A stretch of 64,000 bases of DNA, taken from NCBI GenBank assembly GCA_022969815.1, contig GCA_022969815.1_4535.1. One strand, 5' to 3'. The notes beneath the pieces are model-generated. The model was not told where the DNA came from. It searched no databases and saw only the letters and a program-made list of their open reading frames with translations. Position 1 is the stretch's first letter. The number at the start of each line of letters is the position of its first letter. Origin of the DNA: Escherichia coli. GTDB lineage: Bacteria > Pseudomonadota > Gammaproteobacteria > Enterobacterales > Enterobacteriaceae. Positions 1 to 7,451 of the stretch are shown piece after piece. The translations under genes and the position numbers were made by a program.

Positions 1-36
1 CAGTTTTTCTACGGTAACAATAGCGATAGTTTCCAT
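1..36 (-). CDS. 5' end of a leftward early gene that runs off the window edge (partial)
   Basis: ATG at 34-36 (minus) reads METIAIVTVEKL..., preceded by GAGGA SD and by promoter-hairpin module at 55-111. Confidence 0.3.
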   Translation of the reverse strand, partial: METIAIVTVEKL

Positions 37-54
37 TTTGTTTTCCTCATTATC

Positions 55-111
55 GGCGGCACCATTGCCGCCCTACGCATTAAATATAAGTTATCTAAGA
101 GATTAGATCAA
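55..111 (-). promoter_or_regulatory. early promoter-hairpin module E1
   Basis: hairpin GGCGGCACCATTGCCGCC 55-72; -10 TTATAT (rc of 84-89); -35 TTGATC (rc of 106-111); 16-nt spacer. Confidence 0.55.
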
Positions 112-114
112 GGA

Positions 115-306
115 TTATTTTGTAAAGATTACAGCTTCATCAAAATTTTCAACATAGTAAGCAAGCTCTTCATTTGCTGCAACCAGTTGTAAAAGTTGGT
201 CGTAAGATAATCCATTGATCCCCTCTTCATTGTTTAAAGCCTCGATGATTTCATCAACGGGGGCAAAAAACATGTTATTCGATTCCAGGTAGCTGATAGT
301 TTTCAT
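115..306 (-). CDS. hypothetical early protein, 63 aa
   Basis: ATG at 304-306, purine-rich SD, own promoter-hairpin module upstream; no recognisable motif. Confidence 0.6.
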   Translation of the reverse strand: MKTISYLESNNMFFAPVDEIIEALNNEEGINGLSYDQLLQLVAANEELAYYVENFDEAVIFTK

Positions 307-328
307 AATGTTTTACCTTTTTCGGGGA

Positions 329-384
329 GCGGCACCATTGCCGCCCTACGTGGTAAATATTAGCACACTGGCGATCGGTGTCAA
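329..384 (-). promoter_or_regulatory. early promoter-hairpin module E2
   Basis: -35 TTGACA (rc 379-384), 16-nt spacer, -10 TAATAT (rc 357-362), then CACGTAGGG and hairpin GCGGCA-CCAT-TGCCGC (329-344) at predicted 5' end of the 115..306 mRNA. Confidence 0.7.
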
Positions 385-390
385 TACTTT

Positions 391-777
391 TTATTCAATA
401 TAAATCAAATTATCTTCACCAATGTAAGCCGACACGTTCGGCATAAACTTAGCTGCATTTGTTAGGCGGTTCGCCGTGTTAGTGGTGTATACTTCAGGGC
501 GATCCCAGAATCCTACGCCGTGACCGTTACGGGTAAAATGTAAATCATTGCCGATCTGGTTGGCTGTAGCGCCGTCGCTCATTGCTTCCGCAATAGCGGC
601 AAGATTAGCATTAATAAAGGCTGTTACATCCTGGGCGATCCGTTCATCCGCACCAGGAGAAAAATCATAATCGTCTAAGTTATCAATAAAATCACCTTCG
701 TGATCCCTGGCGGATTCAGCAAAAATAAAGGCTTCTTTATAACCGTTGATGATTTCAATAATGATTTCTGTTTTCAT
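391..777 (-). CDS. hypothetical early protein, 128 aa
   Basis: ATG 775-777; ATGA overlap with upstream gene; no recognisable motif. Confidence 0.65.
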   Translation of the reverse strand: MKTEIIIEIINGYKEAFIFAESARDHEGDFIDNLDDYDFSPGADERIAQDVTAFINANLAAIAEAMSDGATANQIGNDLHFTRNGHGVGFWDRPEVYTTNTANRLTNAAKFMPNVSAYIGEDNLIYIE

Positions 778-989
778 GCTGTACGCTCGACAATAATAAT
801 AGTTTGCGGGATCTCGTTTTCTACTACTAACAAGGCTTTTTTCTGTGTAATAGATATTTTAACACGTTGTAACGTAGCGGTAAAGTCTTTCATTTCGTTA
901 TGTGCGGACTTGCTGCAATGCCAGATCTCAGGCTTACCGACTTGCAAACCGCGTAAAAATTCCGTTTTGCCTGTTTTGTTCGTGATCAT
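774..989 (-). CDS. hypothetical early protein, 71 aa
   Basis: track ORF 774..998 begins with GTG; in-frame ATG at 987-989 with AAGGTG SD chosen. Confidence 0.5.
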   Translation of the reverse strand: MITNKTGKTEFLRGLQVGKPEIWHCSKSAHNEMKDFTATLQRVKISITQKKALLVVENEIPQTIIIVERTA

Positions 990-999
990 TTGTTTCACC

Positions 1000-1104
1000 T
1001 TACCCGATACCGTGGGAAGATAGGATCATATTAGCCATAGTTGCAACCACTCCAACCGATAACGCCAGGCCAACTACTGCAACCGTGAAAATTTTCTCTA
1101 ACAT
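1000..1104 (-). CDS. small hydrophobic peptide, 34 aa (not in ORF track)
   Basis: ATG 1102-1104, GAGGG SD, reads MLEKIFTVAVVGLALSVGVVATMANMILSSHGIG, sits directly after promoter module E3. Confidence 0.35.
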   Translation of the reverse strand: MLEKIFTVAVVGLALSVGVVATMANMILSSHGIG

Positions 1105-1122
1105 GATGCTACCCTCATTAAT

Positions 1123-1185
1123 GGGCGTTGCCTTATTGCCCCGCCCTACAAGATGAATACTACGCGCTTACTTTGCTGTTGTCAA
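1123..1185 (-). promoter_or_regulatory. early promoter module E3 (variant leader)
   Basis: -35 TTGACA (rc 1180-1185), 17-nt spacer, -10 TAGTAT (rc 1157-1162), GC stem GGGCG...CGCCC 1123-1146; leader shares CAAGATGAATACTACG with E20. Confidence 0.55.
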
Positions 1186-1350
1186 CAACGGGCGAAAAAA
1201 CTTTTTGATCTGGCTTGCTGTTAGGCGCATATCTGCTTTGAGCGTTGCCAGGCGATAAGCTTTACCCTTGATCAGTTTATGGTGTCCGGTGCCGTTGCCG
1301 ATGATAACATCAATTTCACACAATACACGGGAATAATCAATCTTTTTCAT
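1168..1350 (-). CDS. hypothetical early protein, 60 aa
   Basis: ATG 1348-1350, module E4 upstream. Confidence 0.5.
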   Translation of the reverse strand: MKKIDYSRVLCEIDVIIGNGTGHHKLIKGKAYRLATLKADMRLTASQIKKFFRPLLTTAK

Positions 1351-1370
1351 GTTGTTACCTTTCGTGTTAT

Positions 1371-1427
1371 GGGGGCGCTTGTCGCCCCCTGTCTGATAAA
1401 GATAATCCCTTTCGGGATATCTGTCAA
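1371..1427 (-). promoter_or_regulatory. early promoter-hairpin module E4
   Basis: hairpin GGGGGCGCTTGTCGCCCCC 1371-1389; -10 TATCTT (rc 1399-1404); -35 TTGACA (rc 1422-1427). Confidence 0.55.
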
Positions 1428-1433
1428 CTATTT

Positions 1434-1619
1434 TTATTGTACGGTGTGGCGATCGCTGTATTCAGCGTAAAACTCACATCCATCGTCACGGCTATCAAGT
1501 TTAACGATATATCCACTATTCCAACGTTCAACTGATACTACCGGATAATACTTCCCGTTAAGGATATTTTTCACCAGGTCGCCTTTTACCAGTTCTTTCG
1601 TTTTCTTATAAGTAGTCAT
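1434..1619 (-). CDS. hypothetical early protein, 61 aa
   Basis: track ORF 1434..1700 runs through promoter hairpin E5; internal ATG at 1617-1619 chosen (MTTYKKTKELVKG...). Confidence 0.55.
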   Translation of the reverse strand: MTTYKKTKELVKGDLVKNILNGKYYPVVSVERWNSGYIVKLDSRDDGCEFYAEYSDRHTVQ

Positions 1620-1639
1620 GATGTTTTCTCTTCTGTTTT

Positions 1640-1700
1640 GCGGTGGACCGTTCCGCCGCCCTATGTGGTAAACTATACGCGCCAACGTTCCAGGCGTCAA
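1640..1700 (-). promoter_or_regulatory. early promoter-hairpin module E5
   Basis: hairpin 1640-1659; -10 TATAGT (rc 1672-1677); -35 TTGACG (rc 1695-1700); 17-nt spacer. Confidence 0.65.
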
Positions 1701-1730
1701 GCATATTTTTAAAATTATTTTCTACAACGT

Positions 1731-1757
1731 AAAACGCCCCAGCATAAACCAGGGCGC
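1731..1757 (-). terminator. candidate intrinsic terminator after gene 1818..2045
   Basis: minus-sense hairpin GCGCCC-loop-GGGCG followed by UUUU. Confidence 0.45.
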
Positions 1758-1817
1758 ACTAATTAAATCAGATAGGGGATTGCATTGCCTTACACCTTTT
1801 AGGCTGTTAGCTGGCGA

Positions 1818-2045
1818 TTAGTAGCGTAGGATGTTTACGGATTCATCGCGCCCTAAAATATTCTCATATCTGTTTCCCCTTCCTTCGTACCAGATGATCA
1901 CGGTGTCAGGATCAAACGGATTGTTTTCGATAGCCGTTACCTTGCAGAAGTCATAAGACGGGAACGGATAAACGCCAACCTGTAAACGCGCCCGATCTCC
2001 TGGGCGAATAGTAGCGGCACGATCTGCAATGATATTGTTATACAT
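1818..2045 (-). CDS. hypothetical early protein, 75 aa
   Basis: ATG 2043-2045; no recognisable motif. Confidence 0.55.
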   Translation of the reverse strand: MYNNIIADRAATIRPGDRARLQVGVYPFPSYDFCKVTAIENNPFDPDTVIIWYEGRGNRYENILGRDESVNILRY

Positions 2046-2169
2046 GGTGCACCCCCTTAATATTTTTCTTTTTCTTTGCTTCCAACCGTCTAAGGTTACG
2101 GCTTGACTTATTGCGCAAGGCGCTTAGATCGTCGTACCCTTTCCATGCTTGCATATCTTTCGGATTCAT
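2038..2169 (-). CDS. small basic protein, 43 aa (not in ORF track)
   Basis: ATG 2167-2169 with AAGGGGGG SD 12 nt after the stop of 2181..2459; reads MNPKDMQAWKGYDDLSALRNKSSRNLRRLEAKKKKNIKGVHHV. Confidence 0.4.
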   Translation of the reverse strand: MNPKDMQAWKGYDDLSALRNKSSRNLRRLEAKKKKNIKGVHHV

Positions 2170-2180
2170 GTTATCCCCCC

Positions 2181-2459
2181 TTAACGATTATAAACATTAT
2201 GGATGGCTTCAAAGGCAAGATGACCATAAGCCGCCAAATCGGGATTGATCCAAGCGTTATCCAACATCGTTTCAAGGACTGTGGAATCATCGTATAAAGC
2301 ATCATAGAAATCTGCACGGATGATCGTTTCAATGTCGTCCGGTGTTAGTTTGTCGTTCAACTTGCACACTGTTTCAACGTCAACACCAATTTTCCAATTT
2401 TGTAAATTAGTGGTTAACATTGTTTTCATTTCTTCGGTTGTTAATTTAACGATGGTCAT
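2181..2459 (-). CDS. hypothetical early protein, 92 aa
   Basis: ATG 2457-2459, module E6 upstream. Confidence 0.6.
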   Translation of the reverse strand: MTIVKLTTEEMKTMLTTNLQNWKIGVDVETVCKLNDKLTPDDIETIIRADFYDALYDDSTVLETMLDNAWINPDLAAYGHLAFEAIHNVYNR

Positions 2460-2483
2460 GATTTTTTCTCTCTTCTGTTAGGC

Positions 2484-2538
2484 GGGGCGCTTGTCGCCCC
2501 TATGTGATACATCTTATCAGGTTGATTCAGCTTGTCAA
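2484..2538 (-). promoter_or_regulatory. early promoter-hairpin module E6
   Basis: hairpin GGGGCGCTTGTCGCCCC 2484-2500; -10 TAAGAT (rc 2511-2516); -35 TTGACA (rc 2533-2538). Confidence 0.65.
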
Positions 2539-2539
2539 A

Positions 2540-2719
2540 CTATTTGTTAGCCGGATTATATGCCAGGACCGCGCCGCTCGCTTTCACGCTTTCCGTTTCA
2601 TAGTTGCGCAGATCGTTTTCTGTAAGATTGAGCGCGATCACTTCCTCGATCTCAATGCCAGTGGCAAGGGCGATCTCTTTAATGATGTTTGATGATCTGA
2701 TAACGTTTACTGTTTTCAT
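2540..2719 (-). CDS. hypothetical early protein, 59 aa
   Basis: internal ATG 2717-2719 with AAGGTG SD chosen over the longer track ORF 2540..2776. Confidence 0.5.
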   Translation of the reverse strand: MKTVNVIRSSNIIKEIALATGIEIEEVIALNLTENDLRNYETESVKASGAVLAYNPANK

Positions 2720-2729
2720 GGTGTGCACC

Positions 2730-2849
2730 TTATAAGATGATTGATAAGATAGTGATAACGAAAGCGATAACACCAACGGCGATCGTAGTCTTACGCCCTT
2801 CAGATACTGCCGGATTCTCTACCGTGTATTCTACTGTGTATTTGTTCAT
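2730..2849 (-). CDS. small C-terminally membrane-anchored peptide, 39 aa (not in ORF track)
   Basis: ATG 2847-2849, GAGAGG SD, reads MNKYTVEYTVENPAVSEGRKTTIAVGVIAFVITILSIIL; follows module E7. Confidence 0.35.
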   Translation of the reverse strand: MNKYTVEYTVENPAVSEGRKTTIAVGVIAFVITILSIIL

Positions 2850-2872
2850 TGTGTTATCCTCTCGCTTGCTTT

Positions 2873-2929
2873 GGGAACTATTCCCGCCGCCCTATGAATT
2901 AAATATACACTATCCCAAAATGATTGCAA
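2873..2929 (-). promoter_or_regulatory. early promoter-hairpin module E7
   Basis: hairpin GGGAACTATTCCC 2873-2885; -10 TATATT (rc 2902-2907); -35 TTGCAA 2924-2929. Confidence 0.5.
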
Positions 2930-2948
2930 GCCTTTTTCTAAATTATTT

Positions 2949-3233
2949 TTATGCAGTAAACAGACCATCATTTACAACGGCGGCGATGATCTCCCGCGCC
3001 ATTGATTCAGGAAACGGGGCGCTATAGTCCTGGCTTGTCTCGTCGCTGTCTGTTACCCAATGATAAGCCAACGAGTAAAAGCCTTTACTCCCTGTTTTCA
3101 GTGAAACGATGATCACTCGGTTAAGTCCATCGGTAAACGTTGCCGTTAATGTGCTATCATCTTGCGTCATATTGGACAAGTAAGCGGCATCATTAACCAG
3201 GGAAAACAGTAGCACCGTGTTAGCTTTAACCAT
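2949..3233 (-). CDS. hypothetical early protein, 94 aa
   Basis: track ORF start lies inside hairpin E8; in-frame ATG 3231-3233 with GAGGA SD chosen. Confidence 0.55.
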   Translation of the reverse strand: MVKANTVLLFSLVNDAAYLSNMTQDDSTLTATFTDGLNRVIIVSLKTGSKGFYSLAYHWVTDSDETSQDYSAPFPESMAREIIAAVVNDGLFTA

Positions 3234-3253
3234 GATTTGATCCTCAAACGGGC

Positions 3254-3310
3254 GCGGCACCATTGCCGCCCTACGTAATACAGTTTACCCTATTTCTTCC
3301 AAAAAGCAAG
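3254..3310 (-). promoter_or_regulatory. early promoter-hairpin module E8
   Basis: hairpin GCGGCACCATTGCCGC 3254-3269; -10 TAAACT (rc 3282-3287); -35 TTGCTT (rc 3304-3309). Confidence 0.5.
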
Positions 3311-3490
3311 TTTATTTGCAATTGGTGACAAATAACGTTTACCCGCGTAAAACAGTACAGCGACACTAACCACGGCGGCGATCTCATGCATAACCGACGG
3401 GAAACGAGTATCATAATAAGATCCAATAATAGCAATAGCGGCAACGGCTGCAACGTCGATAATGATTTTTTCTTGTTTTGCGGTGATCAT
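3290..3490 (-). CDS. small membrane protein, 66 aa
   Basis: ATG 3488-3490; hydrophobic stretch DVAAVAAIAIIGSYY and VVSVAVLFYAG. Confidence 0.55.
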   Translation of the reverse strand: MITAKQEKIIIDVAAVAAIAIIGSYYDTRFPSVMHEIAAVVSVAVLFYAGKRYLSPIANKLAFWKK

Positions 3491-3514
3491 AATATTTACC
3501 TTTTTGTATGGTGG

Positions 3515-3571
3515 GGGGAACTATTCCCCGCCTGATGTAATACAGTTTAACAGGTCCGGTTATGGTGTCAA
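3515..3571 (-). promoter_or_regulatory. early promoter-hairpin module E9
   Basis: hairpin GGGGAACTATTCCCC 3515-3529; -10 TAAACT (rc 3544-3549); -35 TTGACA (rc 3566-3571). Confidence 0.6.
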
Positions 3572-3577
3572 CCACTT

Positions 3578-3763
3578 TTAAAGATATTTTATGTTGATAA
3601 CGTTTTCCGGTTTAACCTGGTTGTGATAAGCATCAATGTAAATCAAACCATCATCGGACACGCCCAGGATCACGCCTTGCGCAATAAAACCGTATTGGTC
3701 GCGGTAACGTGCTGCCACTTTGTTCGCTGCGTTGTAGGCTGTTTTAATCTCGTTTAAGGTCAT
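3578..3763 (-). CDS. hypothetical early protein, 61 aa
   Basis: ATG 3761-3763. Confidence 0.5.
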   Translation of the reverse strand: MTLNEIKTAYNAANKVAARYRDQYGFIAQGVILGVSDDGLIYIDAYHNQVKPENVINIKYL

Positions 3764-3793
3764 GTGCTGTTATACTCTCGTTAGATATAAGAA

Positions 3794-3812
3794 AGGGCGC
3801 TATTTGCGCCCT
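3794..3812. terminator. intergenic hairpin, candidate attenuator
   Basis: AGGGCGC-TATTT-GCGCCCT with T-rich flank. Confidence 0.35.
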
Positions 3813-3821
3813 TGATTTGTT

Positions 3822-3968
3822 TTAGTCTTCCAGGTCCATCCATGCACGTTTCTCGGTGCGGTCGCGCTTAGTTTTGTTGCGCTTGTCGCCCTTGCGGATC
3901 ACTTCCTCATTCCACGCTGCGCGTGTTTTGGAGGATTGGATTTTTTCGGCGCGATTAGATGTATTCAT
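3822..3968 (-). CDS. small basic protein, 48 aa (not in ORF track)
   Basis: ATG 3966-3968, AGAGGA SD, reads MNTSNRAEKIQSSKTRAAWNEEVIRKGDKRNKTKRDRTEKRAWMDLED; follows module E10. Confidence 0.4.
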   Translation of the reverse strand: MNTSNRAEKIQSSKTRAAWNEEVIRKGDKRNKTKRDRTEKRAWMDLED

Positions 3969-3992
3969 GATGTTTCCTCTTTTTAGTTGTGA

Positions 3993-4049
3993 GCGGCACC
4001 ATTGCCGCCCTACGTGTTTAAATTTACTTTATTGCTTGATGCCTGTCAA
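3993..4049 (-). promoter_or_regulatory. early promoter-hairpin module E10
   Basis: hairpin 3993-4008; -10 TAAATT (rc 4021-4026); -35 TTGACA (rc 4044-4049); 17-nt spacer. Confidence 0.65.
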
Positions 4050-4066
4050 CTACTTTTAAAAACTTT

Positions 4067-4420
4067 TTATTCGTGGGAAAGTGTAAGGATCACCCCTGCA
4101 ATATATAACCAATAGTTTTCCCTTTCTTTCTGGATCTTGTTTTCGCTACTACGTTCGTTAATGTACCCCCAGGCTGTTAACAACCGATCTACTTCCCAAT
4201 ACTCGAAAGCTATATTAATATTTGACGGCAATCCTTGTAACCATGATGCTATTGCTCTGATAATATTATGATCGTAACGTTTTTGATTATCGGTATACCA
4301 ATACTCGGATTTAAAACAGCGCATCAATTCCGCGATCTTCTCTTTATCTTCTGTGATGCCATACTCGCTATAATCAATTGAGGCCAGAATATAAAGTTTA
4401 ATTGCATTCTGTGCTTTCAT
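4067..4420 (-). CDS. hypothetical early protein, 117 aa
   Basis: ATG 4418-4420, module E11 upstream. Confidence 0.65.
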   Translation of the reverse strand: MKAQNAIKLYILASIDYSEYGITEDKEKIAELMRCFKSEYWYTDNQKRYDHNIIRAIASWLQGLPSNINIAFEYWEVDRLLTAWGYINERSSENKIQKERENYWLYIAGVILTLSHE

Positions 4421-4441
4421 GTTGTCTCTCTTCTGTTGTGA

Positions 4442-4497
4442 GCGGCACCATTGCCGCCCTATGTGTTACATCTTACCGGATTTTTAAAACTTGTCAA
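4442..4497 (-). promoter_or_regulatory. early promoter-hairpin module E11
   Basis: hairpin 4442-4457; -10 TAAGAT (rc 4470-4475); -35 TTGACA (rc 4492-4497). Confidence 0.65.
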
Positions 4498-4718
4498 TCA
4501 TTTTTTACTATCATTTGATACCCTGTTTCCAGGTTAGTAAACACCGTGATCCCGTCCTGGCGTTCACTCATAAGCAAGCAAGGCGCTAACATCCTTCCTA
4601 CTTCCTTGCACTCGTTATAAGCGGCGGTAATGTCTCCCGCTGCCTTGTCTTCTGTGGTGAATGTATCGTTCACGTAAACTTGACCAGCGACAACGGCGAC
4701 AATAGCGAAAGTGATCAT
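4494..4718 (-). CDS. hypothetical protein with hydrophobic N-terminus, 74 aa
   Basis: internal ATG 4716-4718 (MITFAIVAVVAGQVYV...) chosen over the longer track ORF 4494..4790. Confidence 0.5.
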   Translation of the reverse strand: MITFAIVAVVAGQVYVNDTFTTEDKAAGDITAAYNECKEVGRMLAPCLLMSERQDGITVFTNLETGYQMIVKND

Positions 4719-4796
4719 AATGTTTTTCTCTTTATGTGTTTCATTTCGATTAGTTGATAATACGGCAATTCGCAGATTAGTCTTTAGCAATTCATG

Positions 4797-5015
4797 CTAT
4801 TTACTCACAACAATATCGAAAACAAATTTTTCTTTGTTGTCTAAGCTCACGTATCCGATTCGACCACGCAATCCGTGAGTAGTGCCGTATTCGTAACCAT
4901 CCAGACCTTTAACCTTCCAATCCATGCCCATTAAAACCGCATTATATTTCTGACCAACTACAAAAGCGCCACCAGTTGATTCAATGCAAATAACTTTAAT
5001 TTTACGGATTGCCAT
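4797..5015 (-). CDS. hypothetical early protein, 72 aa
   Basis: ATG 5013-5015. Confidence 0.55.
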   Translation of the reverse strand: MAIRKIKVICIESTGGAFVVGQKYNAVLMGMDWKVKGLDGYEYGTTHGLRGRIGYVSLDNKEKFVFDIVVSK

Positions 5016-5054
5016 TTTCTTTCTCTCTCTGTGGTAATTGGTTTCTCTTCTCTA

Positions 5055-5090
5055 TAACGCCCATTATAGGGCGTTATAACGAAAAGTCAA
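5055..5090 (-). promoter_or_regulatory. early promoter with palindrome over the -10 region
   Basis: -35 TTGACT (rc 5085-5090), 16-nt spacer, -10 TATAAT (rc 5063-5068), palindrome TAACGCCC-ATTA-TAGGGCGTTA 5055-5076. Confidence 0.6.
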
Positions 5091-5091
5091 A

Positions 5092-5259
5092 TTATTTTTT
5101 ACGGCTTAAGGTGCCCAGGTTATCAGCGTGGCGCAAACCAGGGAAGATCCACGCGCCTGATGCATCTTTCACAGGGGCTTTAAGCGTAGCGCCCAGGTTG
5201 GCGGCGTTAACTTTACGGGCAACGTTGCGAGCGGCTTCACGGGTAGTAAAAGTGATCAT
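5092..5259 (-). CDS. small protein, 55 aa (not in ORF track)
   Basis: ATG 5257-5259, reads MITFTTREAARNVARKVNAANLGATLKAPVKDASGAWIFPGLRHADNLGTLSRKK; follows module E12. Confidence 0.4.
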   Translation of the reverse strand: MITFTTREAARNVARKVNAANLGATLKAPVKDASGAWIFPGLRHADNLGTLSRKK

Positions 5260-5283
5260 GATGTTTTCCTCTTCTCTTTGTTA

Positions 5284-5345
5284 GGCGGTGGACCATTCCG
5301 CCGCCTTGATGTAATACAGTTTACTTTATTTTGTTAAGATTGCAA
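5284..5345 (-). promoter_or_regulatory. early promoter-hairpin module E12
   Basis: hairpin 5284-5305; -10 TAAACT (rc 5318-5323); -35 TTGCAA 5340-5345. Confidence 0.55.
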
Positions 5346-5351
5346 GTAGTT

Positions 5352-5567
5352 TTATGAAATAATTGTCAAAGTAAAATCATAATCTTTTGACAGTTTATAT
5401 TGCACCTTGTTACCGTATATGTCACCTTTACGTAAAGATCCACGGATACCGATAACATCCTTCACGTCTTTTAAATTTTTCACGCCTGTAATGTCTTTGT
5501 TGAAATACTCGTCATCTGAAAATAAAACTTGACTTGCATTTTTTAACAGTGTGCGGATATTAGCCAT
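5352..5567 (-). CDS. hypothetical early protein, 71 aa
   Basis: ATG 5565-5567. Confidence 0.55.
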   Translation of the reverse strand: MANIRTLLKNASQVLFSDDEYFNKDITGVKNLKDVKDVIGIRGSLRKGDIYGNKVQYKLSKDYDFTLTIIS

Positions 5568-5591
5568 TGAGATAATCTCTCTTTGTTGTGA

Positions 5592-5647
5592 GCGGCACCA
5601 TTGCCGCCCTACGTAATACAGTTTACTCTTTTTCTTTCCGGTGTCAA
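5592..5647 (-). promoter_or_regulatory. early promoter-hairpin module E13
   Basis: hairpin 5592-5607; -10 TAAACT (rc 5620-5625); -35 TTGACA (rc 5642-5647). Confidence 0.65.
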
Positions 5648-5656
5648 CAATCTTTT

Positions 5657-5884
5657 TCAGATTAATTCATCCAGGCATAACAGGCGATCAACGTTGAGAT
5701 CGGTCAGGCTGATGGTTGGCACCTGATAGGATTCGATGTACTCGACGCTCGCATATTCCCCAAAATTAGCAATAGCCCACTTATTCAAGATCTCACATAC
5801 ATCATTAATCTTTTTATTTGTTACAACTGCAATAACCTGGGAAGTGCCAACGGTGCCGGATACGCGAACAATATTGATAGCCAT
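5657..5884 (-). CDS. hypothetical early protein, 75 aa
   Basis: internal ATG 5882-5884 chosen; the longer track ORF runs into hairpin E14. Confidence 0.55.
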   Translation of the reverse strand: MAINIVRVSGTVGTSQVIAVVTNKKINDVCEILNKWAIANFGEYASVEYIESYQVPTISLTDLNVDRLLCLDELI

Positions 5885-5906
5885 GATTTTTCTCTCTTCG
5901 TTAGGC

Positions 5907-5961
5907 GGGGCGCTTGTCGCCCCTATGTGATACATCTTACACTAATTTTAAACGTTGTCAA
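5907..5961 (-). promoter_or_regulatory. early promoter-hairpin module E14
   Basis: hairpin 5907-5923; -10 TAAGAT (rc 5934-5939); -35 TTGACA (rc 5956-5961). Confidence 0.65.
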
Positions 5962-6056
5962 ATTATTTTCTATTTCTTCCGTAATAGCCCAATTTATGAT
6001 CTAAGCTAAAACGTTTTGTTAGATAGGTTGAACGATGTTTCATTTTTATGTCTCCT

Positions 6057-6296
6057 TTACATTCCAACCATAGCGGCGCGGATTGCAGTAGTGCTATATT
6101 TGAATCCGTCCGGTGTTTTATCTTGTCCAGTCTGTTCTAAAAATAACATCATATGACGGGCCGCATCATTGCGATTAGTGTTGTCGTTAATAAAATCCAG
6201 GGCCAACCGATACAATCCCTCATCGTTATTAATCCACAGGCTTACATTCCAATGAGTTTTGTTTTTGTGACCGTTGTACATTTTAGATTTAGCCAT
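6057..6296 (-). CDS. hypothetical early protein, 79 aa
   Basis: ATG 6294-6296. Confidence 0.55.
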   Translation of the reverse strand: MAKSKMYNGHKNKTHWNVSLWINNDEGLYRLALDFINDNTNRNDAARHMMLFLEQTGQDKTPDGFKYSTTAIRAAMVGM

Positions 6297-6317
6297 GATT
6301 TTTCTCTCTTTTTGTTA

Positions 6318-6379
6318 GGCGGTGGACCATTCCGCCGCCTTGATGTAATACAGTTTACTCTTTTTCTTCGTGCTGTCAA
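6318..6379 (-). promoter_or_regulatory. early promoter-hairpin module E15
   Basis: hairpin 6318-6339; -10 TAAACT (rc 6352-6357); -35 TTGACA (rc 6374-6379). Confidence 0.65.
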
Positions 6380-6385
6380 TGCTTT

Positions 6386-6751
6386 TTATAGATCTTTTTT
6401 ACGTTTAACATCGCTTGCATGACTGTATACAGTGATCCCATTGTCACGGCAAAAACGGGAAAGATACGCACCGCGTGAAAATTCCTTGCCCTCAAGGTTG
6501 ATAACCTTGCTAAATTCTTCCAGGGCGACGGTATCGAAATGATCACCATAACCATATTGAAACGGCACGTTAACCACTTCAACCAATTTACCGCAGATCT
6601 CAACGTCTACACTTAAAGAAAAATATGTATTACCGTAGGACTGTTGAAACCAGCGACGGGCGCTAATATGCACCGCCTCAATGCTGGATAATTCAATTTT
6701 AGCCGTGTTAGCCAGGGTAGCATAAGCGGAAACATTGATATTAATAGCCAT
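6386..6751 (-). CDS. hypothetical early protein, 121 aa
   Basis: ATG 6749-6751. Confidence 0.6.
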   Translation of the reverse strand: MAININVSAYATLANTAKIELSSIEAVHISARRWFQQSYGNTYFSLSVDVEICGKLVEVVNVPFQYGYGDHFDTVALEEFSKVINLEGKEFSRGAYLSRFCRDNGITVYSHASDVKRKKDL

Positions 6752-6777
6752 GATGATAATCTCTCTTTTTGGTTAGT

Positions 6778-6829
6778 GGGAAGTATTCCCGATAAAAGTT
6801 ATTATGCTTATACTATCACTCATTGTCAA
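6778..6829 (-). promoter_or_regulatory. early promoter-hairpin module E15b
   Basis: hairpin GGGAAGTATTCCC 6778-6790; -10 CATAAT (rc 6801-6806); -35 TTGACA (rc 6824-6829); 17-nt spacer. Confidence 0.6.
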
Positions 6830-6848
6830 TAGTATAAGACTAAAACTT

Positions 6849-7028
6849 TTAACGATAATCGTTATAGGCTTTATTGACCTGGCGAATGTAACATTCGAAA
6901 GCAAGATCAATGTATTCGTATTCACGCACATAATCACCATAGGTCACTACATACATTTTTAAAGTTTCCTCATAAGCCAGGAGGATCGAATCTAAACCTA
7001 TAATCTCAGTTTTTGCAATGATAGCCAT
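6849..7028 (-). CDS. small protein, 59 aa (not in ORF track)
   Basis: ATG 7026-7028, reads MAIIAKTEIIGLDSILLAYEETLKMYVVTYGDYVREYEYIDLAFECYIRQVNKAYNDYR; follows module E16. Confidence 0.4.
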   Translation of the reverse strand: MAIIAKTEIIGLDSILLAYEETLKMYVVTYGDYVREYEYIDLAFECYIRQVNKAYNDYR

Positions 7029-7049
7029 GATGTTAACCTTTTTATTGTT

Positions 7050-7106
7050 GGCGGCACCATTGCCGCCCTACGTGATAAACTATAACAGAATTTTAAACAG
7101 TGTCAA
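7050..7106 (-). promoter_or_regulatory. early promoter-hairpin module E16
   Basis: hairpin 7050-7067; -10 TATAGT (rc 7079-7084); -35 TTGACA (rc 7101-7106). Confidence 0.65.
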
Positions 7107-7116
7107 ACGTTTTTTC

Positions 7117-7362
7117 TTAGTTTGCGAAATATGGCGCGGCGGCTGATGCCGTTAAGCTCCAAGTGATTTGACTATCGATCAAGTATTCTTCATTCTTGAT
7201 CCGCACGGTATCAATCGAGAAGTTACTAAAAGGCTTACTTTTAATTTTACGAATAACCGTTACACGGCGATCACCTTTCATCTCTTTTAACTGAATCCAG
7301 GCGTAACCTTTTTCATTGACAAAAATTTCATTGTGGTTGGTGATAGATGATAGGTGTTTCAT
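7117..7362 (-). CDS. hypothetical early protein, 81 aa
   Basis: internal ATG 7360-7362 chosen; the longer track ORF runs into hairpin E17. Confidence 0.55.
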   Translation of the reverse strand: MKHLSSITNHNEIFVNEKGYAWIQLKEMKGDRRVTVIRKIKSKPFSNFSIDTVRIKNEEYLIDSQITWSLTASAAAPYFAN

Positions 7363-7383
7363 GATTTCTCTCTTCTGTTTTGA

Positions 7384-7443
7384 GCGGTGGACCATTCCGC
7401 CGCCCTATGTGTTACATCTTACTACTTTTTTAAACATTGTCAA
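7384..7443 (-). promoter_or_regulatory. early promoter-hairpin module E17
   Basis: hairpin 7384-7403; -10 TAAGAT (rc 7416-7421); -35 TTGACA (rc 7438-7443). Confidence 0.65.
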
Positions 7444-7451
7444 GGATATTT

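Noticed and set aside
1434-1700. N-terminal extensions of track ORFs into promoter hairpins (1434..1700, 2949..3263, 5657..5935, 7117..7395, 9049..9357 and others)
   Set aside because: The extended starts fall inside the promoter or 5'-hairpin elements, and internal ATGs with SD sequences give a consistent operon structure.
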